A stretch of DNA of 64,000 bases. Origin: Spirosoma fluviale (GTDB lineage: Bacteria; Bacteroidota; Bacteroidia; Cytophagales; Cyclobacteriaceae). Below are positions 1-9,148 of this stretch, piece after piece. The stretch covers positions 7 to 64,006 of the forward strand of contig CAMDLI010000002.1 in assembly GCA_945901615.1 (NCBI GenBank). Reading direction: 5' to 3'. The notes beneath the pieces are model-generated. The model did not search any database. It was not told the origin of the DNA and saw only the letters and a program-made list of their open reading frames with translations. The position numbers and the translations under genes are program-made. Every line of letters starts with the position of its first letter. Positions within the stretch are counted from its first letter, which is position 1.

Positions 1-1
1 G

Positions 2-25
2 AAAAAACCTCCTTTTCGGAGGTTT
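2..25 (-). terminator. Intrinsic terminator after fatty acid hydroxylase
   Basis: AAACCTCC-TTTTC-GGAGGTTT hairpin; the A-run at 2-7 gives a U-tract on the minus strand immediately after the stop at 28. Confidence 0.75.
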
Positions 26-27
26 GT

Positions 28-654
28 TTATTCTTTTTTGGGGAGGGTTCCCAAAAGGTAATCCCAAAGCGGTGAACTTACCCCAAAAGCAGCATCTGGG
101 TCTTTGTAATGATGAATGGCATGGTTGACCCACAAGACCTTGAGAAAATTCTTAGGCGGGTTGTAAACGTGCACGATGTAATGAACTCCCAAATACCCTG
201 CATAGCCCAGCAGAAATCCAGGTAAAAAATAGAGCCCAAAATCACCCATCAATAGCGTAAACAACAAGTAAAGAATCGCTGCATAGGCTGCACTCACAAA
301 AGGAGGCATGGCCAAGCGGTCCTTGTCCTTGGGGTAATCGTGGTGTACCCCGTGGACGTTGTATTGCAACTTATCCTTAATTGGTGTATCTGGCTCCATG
401 TGGAAAAAATGCTTGTGCATCATGTACTCCACAAACGTAAATGCCAAAATGCCCAAAGCGAAAAAGGCAAGGCCCAACCCTAAAGGAATTGTAGTACTTG
501 CTACCCCGTAATAAAAGGAAACGGAGGAAATGACCAAAAATAAGGAAATGGGGATGGAAATGTGCGTTCTTGAAATTCGCTCAAGCACAGGATTAGAAAA
601 TAGGGTAGCCGAACCAAAATTATCAGGTCGATCTAATCTTCCAATCTTTTTCAT
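28..654 (-). CDS. Fatty acid hydroxylase / sterol desaturase family protein (FA2H/Scs7-like catalytic domain, no fused cytochrome b5)
   Basis: His boxes HKHFFH, HGVHH, HYIVH, HAIHH; D-x-x-RL-x-x-PP motif; FGVSSPLWD C-terminus; hydrophobic hairpins. Confidence 0.9.
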   Translation of the reverse strand: MKKIGRLDRPDNFGSATLFSNPVLERISRTHISIPISLFLVISSVSFYYGVASTTIPLGLGLAFFALGILAFTFVEYMMHKHFFHMEPDTPIKDKLQYNVHGVHHDYPKDKDRLAMPPFVSAAYAAILYLLFTLLMGDFGLYFLPGFLLGYAGYLGVHYIVHVYNPPKNFLKVLWVNHAIHHYKDPDAAFGVSSPLWDYLLGTLPKKE

Positions 655-716
655 GGTAACTAGTGGTTTAGGTAGTTCTTAAAAATGGTGTTGTACTGGA
701 GGTATTAACTATCCTA

Positions 717-724
717 CAAAAATA
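717..724 (-). promoter_or_regulatory. Bacteroidota sigma-A -7 element (TATTTTTG) upstream of fatty acid hydroxylase
   Basis: Matches TAnnTTTG on the minus strand ~60 nt upstream of the ATG. Confidence 0.5.
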
Positions 725-762
725 AGGGTTTCCGTTTTTTGATTTTTTTTTTCTTTCCTGAC

Positions 763-1911
763 TTAACTCATCTTTTTTTCTTCCTCTTGAGTCAATGCAA
801 TGGTTTTTCGGTAGTACTCCTCATACATCGGAAGGATCTGGTCAATGTCAAATTCCTTGGCTCGAGCCAATGCCCGCTCCTTAAATCCTGGCAAATTGGC
901 GGCATCCAAAATAAATAAAGCTTTTTTAGTCATGTCCTCCACATCACCTACCTCGCAGGCAAAGCCGGTAATTCCATCCAAATTCAATTCGGGAATTCCC
1001 CCAGCATTGGAGGATAACACTGGCACCTCACAGGCCATCGCCTCCAAAGCCGCTAGTCCAAAGCTTTCTTTCTCAGAAGGCATCAAAAATAGATCCGCCA
1101 CAGACAAAACCTCCTCGACCGCCTCCAATTTACCCAAGAAACGGATGTCCTCACAGGTACCTAGCTTACGACTGAGTCGCTCCATTTTATCCCGTTCAGG
1201 TCCATCTCCCACCAAAAGCAATTTGGCAGGAATCTCCTTACGCACATTGTAAAACACATGAATCACATCATCTACCCGCTTTACCTTCCGAAAATTCGAG
1301 GTATGTACCAAAAGCATTTCCCCATTGGGACAAATGGCTAGTTTAAAGTGCTCCTTTCGCTGCTTCTTGAAGCGCTCCAAATCGATAAAATTCGGAATCA
1401 CCTCAATGTCTCGCTTGATGTCGAAGTAGTCGTAAGTTTCTTTTCTCAAGTCTTCCGAAACAGCCGTTACCCCATCGGATTGGTTGATTGAAAAAGTGAC
1501 TACTGGCTCGTAACTCGGATCCTTTCCCACCAAGGTGATGTCTGTCCCGTGAAGGGTCGTCACCACTGGAATCGAAATACCATGGGTTTTGAGTATTTGC
1601 TTGGCCATGTAAGCAGACGAAGCATGCGGAATGGCATAATGCACATGCAGCAAGTCCAACTTTTCGTACTTGACCACACTCACCATTTTACTGGCAAGGG
1701 CTAGCTCATAGGGAGCAAACTCAAACAAGGGATAACTCTTGATGTCTACCTCGTGGTAGAATAGGTTTTCGCTAAAAAAATCCAGCCTCATGGGCTGCTT
1801 GTAGGTAATAAAATGCACTTCATGGCCCACTTTCGCAAGTCCTTTGCCCAATTCAGTGGCTACCACTCCACTACCTCCGAAGGTAGGGTAACAAACAATT
1901 CCTATTTTCAT
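763..1911 (-). CDS. bshA: N-acetyl-alpha-D-glucosaminyl L-malate synthase (bacillithiol biosynthesis, GT4)
   Basis: MKIGIVCYPTFGGSGVVATELG, HVHYAIPHA, TTLHGTDITLVG, SNFRKVKR, ESFGLAALEAM signatures. Confidence 0.95.
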   Translation of the reverse strand: MKIGIVCYPTFGGSGVVATELGKGLAKVGHEVHFITYKQPMRLDFFSENLFYHEVDIKSYPLFEFAPYELALASKMVSVVKYEKLDLLHVHYAIPHASSAYMAKQILKTHGISIPVVTTLHGTDITLVGKDPSYEPVVTFSINQSDGVTAVSEDLRKETYDYFDIKRDIEVIPNFIDLERFKKQRKEHFKLAICPNGEMLLVHTSNFRKVKRVDDVIHVFYNVRKEIPAKLLLVGDGPERDKMERLSRKLGTCEDIRFLGKLEAVEEVLSVADLFLMPSEKESFGLAALEAMACEVPVLSSNAGGIPELNLDGITGFACEVGDVEDMTKKALFILDAANLPGFKERALARAKEFDIDQILPMYEEYYRKTIALTQEEEKKMS

Positions 1912-2082
1912 TTACTGGATCGAAGCTTTACTAACCTGCTGATAACACGCTTCAACTATAGTTTTGTTCAAAATAAAAGATTTTTATGCTCCCAATTTTC
2001 TTAAAGAAAGAGCAAAGAAGAAAAAACTAAGGCTTAACTACACAAAAATCTAATTAATTTACCAAACAAATTGGATACCCCT

Positions 2083-3417
2083 ATGAAACATACTTTTCTA
2101 GTAATCGCACTAGTTCTCCTTGGATGGGCATGTTCCTCTCCAACCAACCCCGAATCCGAAACCAAAAAAATAGATCCCCTCAACCATTGGGGCGAAAACC
2201 CTTGGCCTGAAATCCGTAAAAAAAGAATCAATCAATTGCTCCCTGAAGCCTTAAAAAATGCCAAGGTTGCAAGCTGGCTAGTCATCTGCCGCGAAAACTA
2301 CAACGACCCCATCGCAACACATGTGGGCGGTGAAAATGCAAGTGGCACCGCAGCATTCCTTTTTTATGCAGATGAAACAGGCTTTCATTCCCTGGCTTTT
2401 TCACCGGAAGGAGAAGCAAAAGCCTTGGAAGACCTCGCTATCCATGAAAAGGTAGAGCGAATCCCAAGAGGAGAATCAGCAGTGGCCAAGGCGGTCTCCT
2501 TTATCAAAGAAAAAGGATTCCCGACGGTAGCAATCAACTCCTCTGCAAGCAACGAAATGGCTGATGGCCTCACCCATAGCCAACACGAAGAATTAATTGC
2601 CTTGATGGGTACTGACAAGAGCAAGCTCGTTTCCTCTGAGGACTTGGTCTACGAATGGCTCTCCATCAAGCTCCCTGAGGAAGTAGAAATCCTTAAAAAA
2701 GCGGCACAGCTTGCCTCTGATTTTCAAGAAGAAGCCTACGCCATGATTATCCCTGGCAAAACTACTGATGCAGACGTAGCCAAGTTTTTGAAAGCCAAAA
2801 TGGCGGAATATGGTGTCACAGATGCCTGGCACCCCGATCAAAACCCCAATGTCAACTCAGGTCCTGACCGAGGACACTCCCATGCTACCGACAAGGTGAT
2901 TCAGCCAGGAGATGTCATTCAAACCGACTTTGGAGTGAAACTATACGGCATCTGGGTAAGTGATATCCAGCGTTTTGCCTATGTATTGAAAGAAGGTGAA
3001 ACTAGCGCGCCTAAGGATATCCAGACCTATTGGGAAAATGGCAAGGCAGGTAGCCGAATTGCGCTTGCTGCCATGAAGCCTGGCGTAAAGGGCGAAGATG
3101 TCGACCGTGCTCAGCGAGACCTGATGGATGCCAATGGATCCCTCTATGTGCCTTGGAGTACAGGTCACCCCGTGGGCTATGTAGCGCACGATGTGGGACC
3201 AAATCTAGGCGGTGCACGCATTCCTACACCACGACCTGCAGCACAGAAACTCTTGAAGAAAGGGATGACTTTTGCCTTCGATGGGTTTCACTGTTGGAAG
3301 CAGGCAGATGGAACCGAAAAAACCATCTCTGTGGAAGAAATGGCCGTGGTCAATGAAAGCGGCGCCACTTACCTGATCACGCCTCAAGAAGACCTGATTT
3401 TGGTAGGGAAAAAATAA
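2083..3417 (+). CDS. M24 family (Xaa-Pro aminopeptidase-like) metallopeptidase, lipoprotein
   Basis: Signal peptide with lipobox GWAC from ATG 2083; pita-bread motifs QTDFG, SDIQR, TGHPVG..AHD, SVEEM. Confidence 0.85.
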   Translation: MKHTFLVIALVLLGWACSSPTNPESETKKIDPLNHWGENPWPEIRKKRINQLLPEALKNAKVASWLVICRENYNDPIATHVGGENASGTAAFLFYADETGFHSLAFSPEGEAKALEDLAIHEKVERIPRGESAVAKAVSFIKEKGFPTVAINSSASNEMADGLTHSQHEELIALMGTDKSKLVSSEDLVYEWLSIKLPEEVEILKKAAQLASDFQEEAYAMIIPGKTTDADVAKFLKAKMAEYGVTDAWHPDQNPNVNSGPDRGHSHATDKVIQPGDVIQTDFGVKLYGIWVSDIQRFAYVLKEGETSAPKDIQTYWENGKAGSRIALAAMKPGVKGEDVDRAQRDLMDANGSLYVPWSTGHPVGYVAHDVGPNLGGARIPTPRPAAQKLLKKGMTFAFDGFHCWKQADGTEKTISVEEMAVVNESGATYLITPQEDLILVGKK

Positions 3418-3431
3418 ATTTCTAAAATTCT

Positions 3432-3480
3432 AAAATGACAAAAGCCAGGGAAACTTGGCTTTTGTCATTTTCATCTTTTT
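3432..3480 (+). terminator. Intrinsic terminator
   Basis: AAAATGACAAAAGCCA-8nt-TGGCTTTTGTCATTTT perfect 16-bp stem followed by T-rich sequence. Confidence 0.85.
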
Positions 3481-3582
3481 GCATTCCGATCCTCCAACTT
3501 AAGGCTCGAATTGAAGTGCTGAAACCCCTTCAGGAATAGCCATAAATTTTAAGTTTTTCAATCTTTCAATTTTGCAATTGGT

Positions 3583-3590
3583 TACCTTTG
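3583..3590 (+). promoter_or_regulatory. -7 promoter element TACCTTTG for purM
   Basis: Exact TAnnTTTG 23 nt upstream of ATG 3614; supports 3614 rather than the TTG at 3572. Confidence 0.7.
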
Positions 3591-3613
3591 AGCAACCAAA
3601 TCATTCCCTCGCC

Positions 3614-4777
3614 ATGAACGAGCGCTACCTGCAGCGCGGGGTTTCCGCATCCAAAGAAGACGTACACCAGGCCATCTCTAAGTTGGACAGAGGCTTATAT
3701 CCTAAGGCTTTCTGCAAAATTGTAGAAGACACCTTGGGCAATGACCCCGAGTATTGCAACATCATGCATGCGGACGGCGCAGGAACTAAGTCCTCGCTTG
3801 CCTACCTCTACTGGAAGGAAACAGGCGACCTGAGCGTCTGGAAGGGAATCGCGCAGGATGCGATCATCATGAATACGGATGACCTCCTCTGTGTAGGAGC
3901 GACGACCAATATCCTTGTTTCCTCCACCATCGGAAGAAACAAAAATTTGGTGCCTGGAGAAGTGATCTCTGCGATCATTCAAGGAACCGAAGAAGTACTT
4001 CAAATGCTACGAGACAATGGAGTCAACATCGTACTTACAGGTGGCGAAACGGCAGATGTAGGAGACTTGGTACGCACGGTGATCGTGGATAGTACAGTTA
4101 CCTGCCGAATGCGCAGGGAAGACATCATCTCCAACGACCGCATTCAAGCAGGAAACGTGATCGTGGGCCTCTCTTCTTTTGGTCAAGCGAAATACGAAAA
4201 AGAATACAATGGCGGAATGGGAAGCAATGGACTGACCTCTGCACGTCACGATGTGTTTAATAAGGTCTTGAAAACGCGCTATCCCGAAAGTTTTGATCCG
4301 GCAGTACCCGATGCACTCGTTTACTCTGGATCCTATCAATTGACCGATCCTGCCCCTGGCACCCCCTTAAACATGGGCAAGCTGGTACTTTCCCCGACCC
4401 GCACCTATGCCCCTATTCTCGTAGACATCTTGAATTACAAGCGTCCCCATATCCATGGGTTGGTTCACTGCTCGGGTGGTGCTCAAACTAAGGTGCTCCA
4501 TTTTATCGATGACCTTCACGTCATCAAGGACAATTTATTTGATACTCCTCCTTTGTTTCGCATCATTCAAGAGGAAAGCGGAACGGATTGGAAGGAAATG
4601 TACAAGGTATTCAACATGGGGCACAGAATGGAAGTGTACCTAGATGAGCGCTATGCTGAAGAAATCATCGATATCGCCGAATCCTATGGAGTGGAAGCAC
4701 AAATCATTGGACGTGTAGAGCCCCATACCGGCAAAAAAGTGACGCTTCAAGGCACCTACGGTACCTTCGAGTACTAG
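3614..4777 (+). CDS. purM: Phosphoribosylformylglycinamidine cyclo-ligase (AIR synthase), Bacteroidota type
   Basis: RY..RGVSASKEDVH, MHADGAGTKS, GGETADVGD, GMGSNGLTSARH, HCSGGAQTK, VFNMGHRME. Confidence 0.92.
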   Translation: MNERYLQRGVSASKEDVHQAISKLDRGLYPKAFCKIVEDTLGNDPEYCNIMHADGAGTKSSLAYLYWKETGDLSVWKGIAQDAIIMNTDDLLCVGATTNILVSSTIGRNKNLVPGEVISAIIQGTEEVLQMLRDNGVNIVLTGGETADVGDLVRTVIVDSTVTCRMRREDIISNDRIQAGNVIVGLSSFGQAKYEKEYNGGMGSNGLTSARHDVFNKVLKTRYPESFDPAVPDALVYSGSYQLTDPAPGTPLNMGKLVLSPTRTYAPILVDILNYKRPHIHGLVHCSGGAQTKVLHFIDDLHVIKDNLFDTPPLFRIIQEESGTDWKEMYKVFNMGHRMEVYLDERYAEEIIDIAESYGVEAQIIGRVEPHTGKKVTLQGTYGTFEY

Positions 4778-4824
4778 ACCCAAAGAAGCACAATTGTGCT
4801 TCAAATCAATTTTTACATCCTGCT

Positions 4825-6156
4825 ATGCTTCGGATTTTTCGTGTATTTGTTTGGGTACTAGGAATCCTTCTCCTATTGGGCATAGCCACGCTGACTACAG
4901 TGGACCGAAGTCCCGTTCAGGATCGCTCTTCCTACCAAAGCACTTTTGCAGACCTAGATAGCAGCACCTGGAACAGCAGTACCTCATCCCACTGGCTAGG
5001 AGGCTGGGCTACAGTGAATATCACCCCATCCCAACCTGCAGAACTGGTAGGCTACTCCCCTCGAGGACCCTATACCTTTGTCCAAGACTCCAGCCATGTC
5101 AAAGCCTTGACGCTCAGCAACGGCAAATCCAGCATTGCCTGGCTCAACTACGAATTATTGATAGTTCACCCGCAGCTAGCCGAGCAGGTCCGTGCTGGGG
5201 TTCAAGAAGCAGGCATCTCTCTAGATCAACTGATTTTCACCGCTACACATACCCATTCGGGGATGGGAGGATACATGCCAGGAATGGTGGGTTCGCTTGC
5301 CTTTGGAGGCTACGATGAGCAGGTGGTCGAGCAACTGGTAGCAGGGTCCGTTCGTGCCTTGCAAACTTCCATCGCCAGCCAAGACACAGTCACCATAGCC
5401 TACAAAAAAACAAGCGTTTCCGACCTTGTCTCCAATCGCTTCGTCAAAGGAGGCCCTACGGATCCCTTCGTGCGTCAGGTGCTGCTACAGCGAAAGGACG
5501 GACAAAAAGCCTCTTTTATCACCTACTCGGCACATGCCACTGCCTTGAGCTCCAAGTTTATGGGGCTATCTGGAGATTACCCTGCCTTTCTTACCGAGCG
5601 CTTGGAAGAGGATGAGGTGGATTTCGCACTATTTGCTGCAGGCACCGTGGGAAGCCACCGTCCACTTACGCAAGGAAATACCCCAGAGAAGGTCAATGCC
5701 TATGCCCTCGCCATTGATACTAGGCTCAGCGCGGATACCAGTGCAGTGGCCTTGCAAGGAGCTGCTTTGCTTCGAACTTCTCAGTTACAGATCGACTTGG
5801 GGGAACCCCAACTTCGTGTTTCCAACGACTTGCGACTACGGCCCTGGCTCTTTCGAACCCTACTTGGAGAGATGCCTGCCTATTTAGACATCAGCCAAGT
5901 GGGGAACATCTTGTTTATTTCGAGTAGCGGCGAACTTTCAGGAGTTTTTTATGAGGCCTGGGATGCCCTTGCGGAAGAAAAAGGACTGCATCTGGTGGTC
6001 ACCGTTTTCAATGGGAGCTATGTTGGTTACATCACTCCAGATGAGTTGTACGATGCCAAATTTCACGAAGTACGTGAGATGAATTGGTTTGGTCCAGGAA
6101 ATGGGCAGTACTTCGATCGTCTCATTAAAGGAGTGATTCAAAAAGCAGAAAATTAA
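4825..6156 (+). CDS. Neutral/alkaline ceramidase N-terminal-domain family protein, N-terminal membrane anchor
   Basis: ITP...LVGY, ATHTHSG metal motif, SAHAT, SGDYP, GYITP; hydrophobic N-terminus. Confidence 0.7.
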   Translation: MLRIFRVFVWVLGILLLLGIATLTTVDRSPVQDRSSYQSTFADLDSSTWNSSTSSHWLGGWATVNITPSQPAELVGYSPRGPYTFVQDSSHVKALTLSNGKSSIAWLNYELLIVHPQLAEQVRAGVQEAGISLDQLIFTATHTHSGMGGYMPGMVGSLAFGGYDEQVVEQLVAGSVRALQTSIASQDTVTIAYKKTSVSDLVSNRFVKGGPTDPFVRQVLLQRKDGQKASFITYSAHATALSSKFMGLSGDYPAFLTERLEEDEVDFALFAAGTVGSHRPLTQGNTPEKVNAYALAIDTRLSADTSAVALQGAALLRTSQLQIDLGEPQLRVSNDLRLRPWLFRTLLGEMPAYLDISQVGNILFISSSGELSGVFYEAWDALAEEKGLHLVVTVFNGSYVGYITPDELYDAKFHEVREMNWFGPGNGQYFDRLIKGVIQKAEN

Positions 6157-6168
6157 ACCCACACTACA

Positions 6169-6552
6169 TTGTCCCAACGAAGCGTACTTTCTAGCATACT
6201 TAACCTCTGCTGTCCAAAATGCAGAAAGGGACAGCTTTTTAAGCCAGGGAAAATTTCAAAGCCTGGAAGTTTATTTAGCATGTATGCGACTTGCCCGCAT
6301 TGCAATCAGTCCTTTGAACCCGAACCAGGATTCTATTTCGGAGCGATGTTTGTCAGCTATGGCATCAATACGCTTCTTTTTATTGCTTCTTGGATCACGC
6401 TTACGCTTGTATATCCCAACTATTCCTTGCTCTTACTACTTGGATTACTTGTCGTTATCGTGCTGCTTAGCTTACCCTTCAGCTTCCGCTTGAGCCGATC
6501 CATTTGGCTTGCGCTATTTGTTCGATTTGACCCCCATCAAGTCATTAAATAA
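6169..6552 (+). CDS. DUF983 family membrane protein (two CxxC + two TM helices)
   Basis: CPKC, CPHC, EPEPGFYFGAMFVSY, R.SRSIWL; TTG start. Confidence 0.85.
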   Translation: MSQRSVLSSILNLCCPKCRKGQLFKPGKISKPGSLFSMYATCPHCNQSFEPEPGFYFGAMFVSYGINTLLFIASWITLTLVYPNYSLLLLLGLLVVIVLLSLPFSFRLSRSIWLALFVRFDPHQVIK

Positions 6553-6557
6553 GACTT

Positions 6558-7388
6558 CTAAATCCAAAGAAGCAGCCAAGGAAGCCAAAAGGCGAGTTCC
6601 ATCCGTTGCCTTTTTTGCGTTGCCGGAAGTTGGGATTGAAAAAAGGTCAGGTAATGGACCAAGAACATCAGCAGAAGAATGCAAGAAAATGGACGGTAAA
6701 AGGAGGGCAATAAAATAAAGGAGGCCATCGTGCCAAAAATCCCTACAAAGGCAAGTTTTCGAATCCACTGAATCATTTGGATTGCAGGGAGAAGCATTGC
6801 AATAGAATTAAATCCATCCTGTCGGTCTTCTTCTCGATCCAAAAAAGAGAGCATCCAAAGATTAAGCAAGGCCAATAAAAAAAATACAATTGCAAATGCC
6901 AGTGCCTGCCAGGACAAATCCTGCGCCTCAGAACGGAGTATTGGGAGCCATAAAACTCCAACCACGTAGAATAATGCTATCGAAACCTCCTTCAGAACCA
7001 GGGGGCCTAATTTTTGAATTGCCCAGCGACAGCCACCCATCGCGAGTACGAGCACCAAAGTCAGCTGCAACTCTTTACCCCATCCCAACCAGTAAAAGGC
7101 TCCGGTAAGGCCAGCCACTACGGCTACAAGAATACCTACTGAGAGGACAAGCTTGTTTTGTCTGTAAAAGACTCTTCGGGAGGAACTACTCCCCTTACTT
7201 TGCCTTGCATCCAGCAGATGGTCCAGGCTATAAATGGTCCACACCGCTAGCCCCAGGAGGATAAAAATGGGCCATTCCAACTGCACATGAAAAAGTTCTT
7301 GGAAAAAATACATGCTTGCCATCGCACCAAAGACAACATCTAAGGAGAGCCAAGAAAAAAGTTGTTGGAGTCGTATCAGTTTAGGCAT
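6558..7388 (-). CDS. UbiA prenyltransferase superfamily-like polytopic membrane protein
   Basis: ~8-9 TM segments; Asp-rich motifs YSLDHLLD and DREEDRQDG at UbiA-like positions. Confidence 0.6.
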   Translation of the reverse strand: MPKLIRLQQLFSWLSLDVVFGAMASMYFFQELFHVQLEWPIFILLGLAVWTIYSLDHLLDARQSKGSSSSRRVFYRQNKLVLSVGILVAVVAGLTGAFYWLGWGKELQLTLVLVLAMGGCRWAIQKLGPLVLKEVSIALFYVVGVLWLPILRSEAQDLSWQALAFAIVFFLLALLNLWMLSFLDREEDRQDGFNSIAMLLPAIQMIQWIRKLAFVGIFGTMASFILLPSFYRPFSCILLLMFLVHYLTFFQSQLPATQKRQRMELAFWLPWLLLWI

Positions 7389-7508
7389 CGCCTAAATTTA
7401 AAGCCAAGGAGGGAGAGTGCCCAAGGAATACTGGATTTTTAGGGAAGATTTTTTACATTTAAGCAACCCGATAGGGTACACAATGCTACTCATCAAAAAC
7501 CCAAACCC

Positions 7509-8144
7509 ATGAAAACCTACTTTTCACTCCTTGCACTGCTGCTACTTCCCCTACTTAGCCTTGCGCAAGAACCCATCAAAATAGCCTTTGTAGGCAACAG
7601 CATCACCCAAGGCCCTGGCAGGGACAACCCTGGATCTTTTCCCCTGCAAGTAGGTCAAATCCTAGGAAGTGCCTATGAGGTAAAGAATTTTGGAGTGAGT
7701 GGCCGCACACTTTTGAAGAAAGGAGATTTTCCGTATTGGAACGAGCCCCAGTTCCAACAAGTAAAAGATTTTCGTCCAGACGTCGTAGTCATCAAGTTGG
7801 GAACCAACGATTCCAAACCTCAAAACTGGGCGCATAAGGGAGAGTTTGTTCAAGACTACTTGGATTTGATTGCCGAATTTCGGGACCACATGCCCAAGGA
7901 TGGCAAAGTATACGTGATCCTTCCGGTGCCTGTCACTCGAGTTAATTTTGGCATTACCCCAGACGTGATGAACAACGAGCAGCGCCTGATGCTGTTTGAG
8001 ATTATCCAAAAGTCCGGCGCTGAAGTCATCGACCTATACACCCCCTTTATGGATCGGTCCGAGCTATTGCCGGATGGTGTGCACCCCAATGCGGAAGGAC
8101 TAGGCATTATGGCCCGAGTGATCAGCAGAAGGATACGGATGTAA
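7509..8144 (+). CDS. SGNH/GDSL esterase (acetylesterase-like), secreted
   Basis: GNSIT block I, NFGVSG block II, LGTND block III, DGVHP block V; signal peptide. Confidence 0.9.
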   Translation: MKTYFSLLALLLLPLLSLAQEPIKIAFVGNSITQGPGRDNPGSFPLQVGQILGSAYEVKNFGVSGRTLLKKGDFPYWNEPQFQQVKDFRPDVVVIKLGTNDSKPQNWAHKGEFVQDYLDLIAEFRDHMPKDGKVYVILPVPVTRVNFGITPDVMNNEQRLMLFEIIQKSGAEVIDLYTPFMDRSELLPDGVHPNAEGLGIMARVISRRIRM

Positions 8145-8163
8145 GCTGCCAATCCCTTAAAAC

Positions 8164-8200
8164 AAAAAACCACAGCCTTTCTTAAAGCTGTGGTTTTTTT
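8164..8200. terminator. Bidirectional intrinsic terminator between SGNH gene and atpG
   Basis: AAAAAACCACAGC...GCTGTGGTTTTTTT. Confidence 0.85.
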
Positions 8201-8214
8201 GTTGCTTGTAAGGT

Positions 8215-9087
8215 TTACTTTCCAGCAAGTGCATTGGCACCCGCCACAATCTCGAGAATTTCGTTGGTGATGGCTGCCTGACGTGTACGGTTGTACATCA
8301 ACTTCAATTCTTTTAGGAGTTCACCAGCATTTTCAGTTGCCTTGTCCATAGCTGTCATTCGTGCGCCATGCTCTGAGGCATTGGATTCTAGAACAGCTTT
8401 GTAAAATTGTATTCTCAAAGAAATAGGAACCAATTCCTCAATGATGTAGGTACGTGAAGGCTCAAGCAAATAGTCTGTTTCAGCGGTATTTACCTGATCT
8501 GACGCTGAAGAGGCCATGGGTAAAAACTGCTCTACACGAATCTCCTGTGTTGCCACGTTCTTGAATTCGTTGAAAACTAGAAATACTTGATCGTAGTCAC
8601 CTGCCAAAAATCCATTCATGGCAAACGTAGCTGCTTCTTTAACAGCCTCAAAACTTAGCTGTTGGAATATCCCAAAATAGGCATCTACCAAGTGGTACTC
8701 CGATTTTTTATAGTATTCGTAGGACTTCTTTCCAATGGGTAGGATGCTGATTTCAGCACCAGAAAATTGTTGGCTGATGGCGGTGTTGGTCGCCTTGATG
8801 ATATTGGTGTTGAATGCGCCGCAAAGTCCTTTGTCTGAAGTTACAGGAACCAAAAGTACCTTCTTCGTCTCACGCTTCACTGCAAAAACAATGTCTTCAT
8901 CCCCTTCAGAGGCGGAGGATACATTGTTGAGAATTGCAGTCAACTTTTGAGAATAAGGACGCATCTGAACGATCTTTTCTTGCGCTCTTCTCAACTTAGC
9001 AGCGGAAACCATTTTCATGGCTTTCGTGATCTGCTGCGTCGACATGACCGAATTTATTCGCTGCTTTACTTCCTTGAGGTTAGCCAT
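8215..9087 (-). CDS. atpG: ATP synthase F1 gamma subunit
   Basis: MANLKEVKQRI..QITKAMKMVSAAKL, SDKGLCGAFN, SEHGARMTAMDKATENA; true start ATG 9087. Confidence 0.97.
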   Translation of the reverse strand: MANLKEVKQRINSVMSTQQITKAMKMVSAAKLRRAQEKIVQMRPYSQKLTAILNNVSSASEGDEDIVFAVKRETKKVLLVPVTSDKGLCGAFNTNIIKATNTAISQQFSGAEISILPIGKKSYEYYKKSEYHLVDAYFGIFQQLSFEAVKEAATFAMNGFLAGDYDQVFLVFNEFKNVATQEIRVEQFLPMASSASDQVNTAETDYLLEPSRTYIIEELVPISLRIQFYKAVLESNASEHGARMTAMDKATENAGELLKELKLMYNRTRQAAITNEILEIVAGANALAGK

Positions 9088-9114
9088 CAGAGATTGCTTT
9101 GTGCGTATAACAAG

Positions 9115-9136
9115 CCCTGCCAGCAAGCCGGCAGGG
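9115..9136 (-). promoter_or_regulatory. Intercistronic stem-loop between atpA and atpG
   Basis: mRNA reads CCCUGCCGG-CUUG-CUGGCAGGG: 9-bp stem with one G-U pair and a CUUG tetraloop. Confidence 0.65.
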
Positions 9137-9148
9137 AATTAATAGAAT

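Noticed and set aside
3481-3545. Possible purine/ZTP riboswitch upstream of purM
   Set aside because: It lies upstream of the predicted -7 box (leader under 20 nt) and shows no aptamer consensus.
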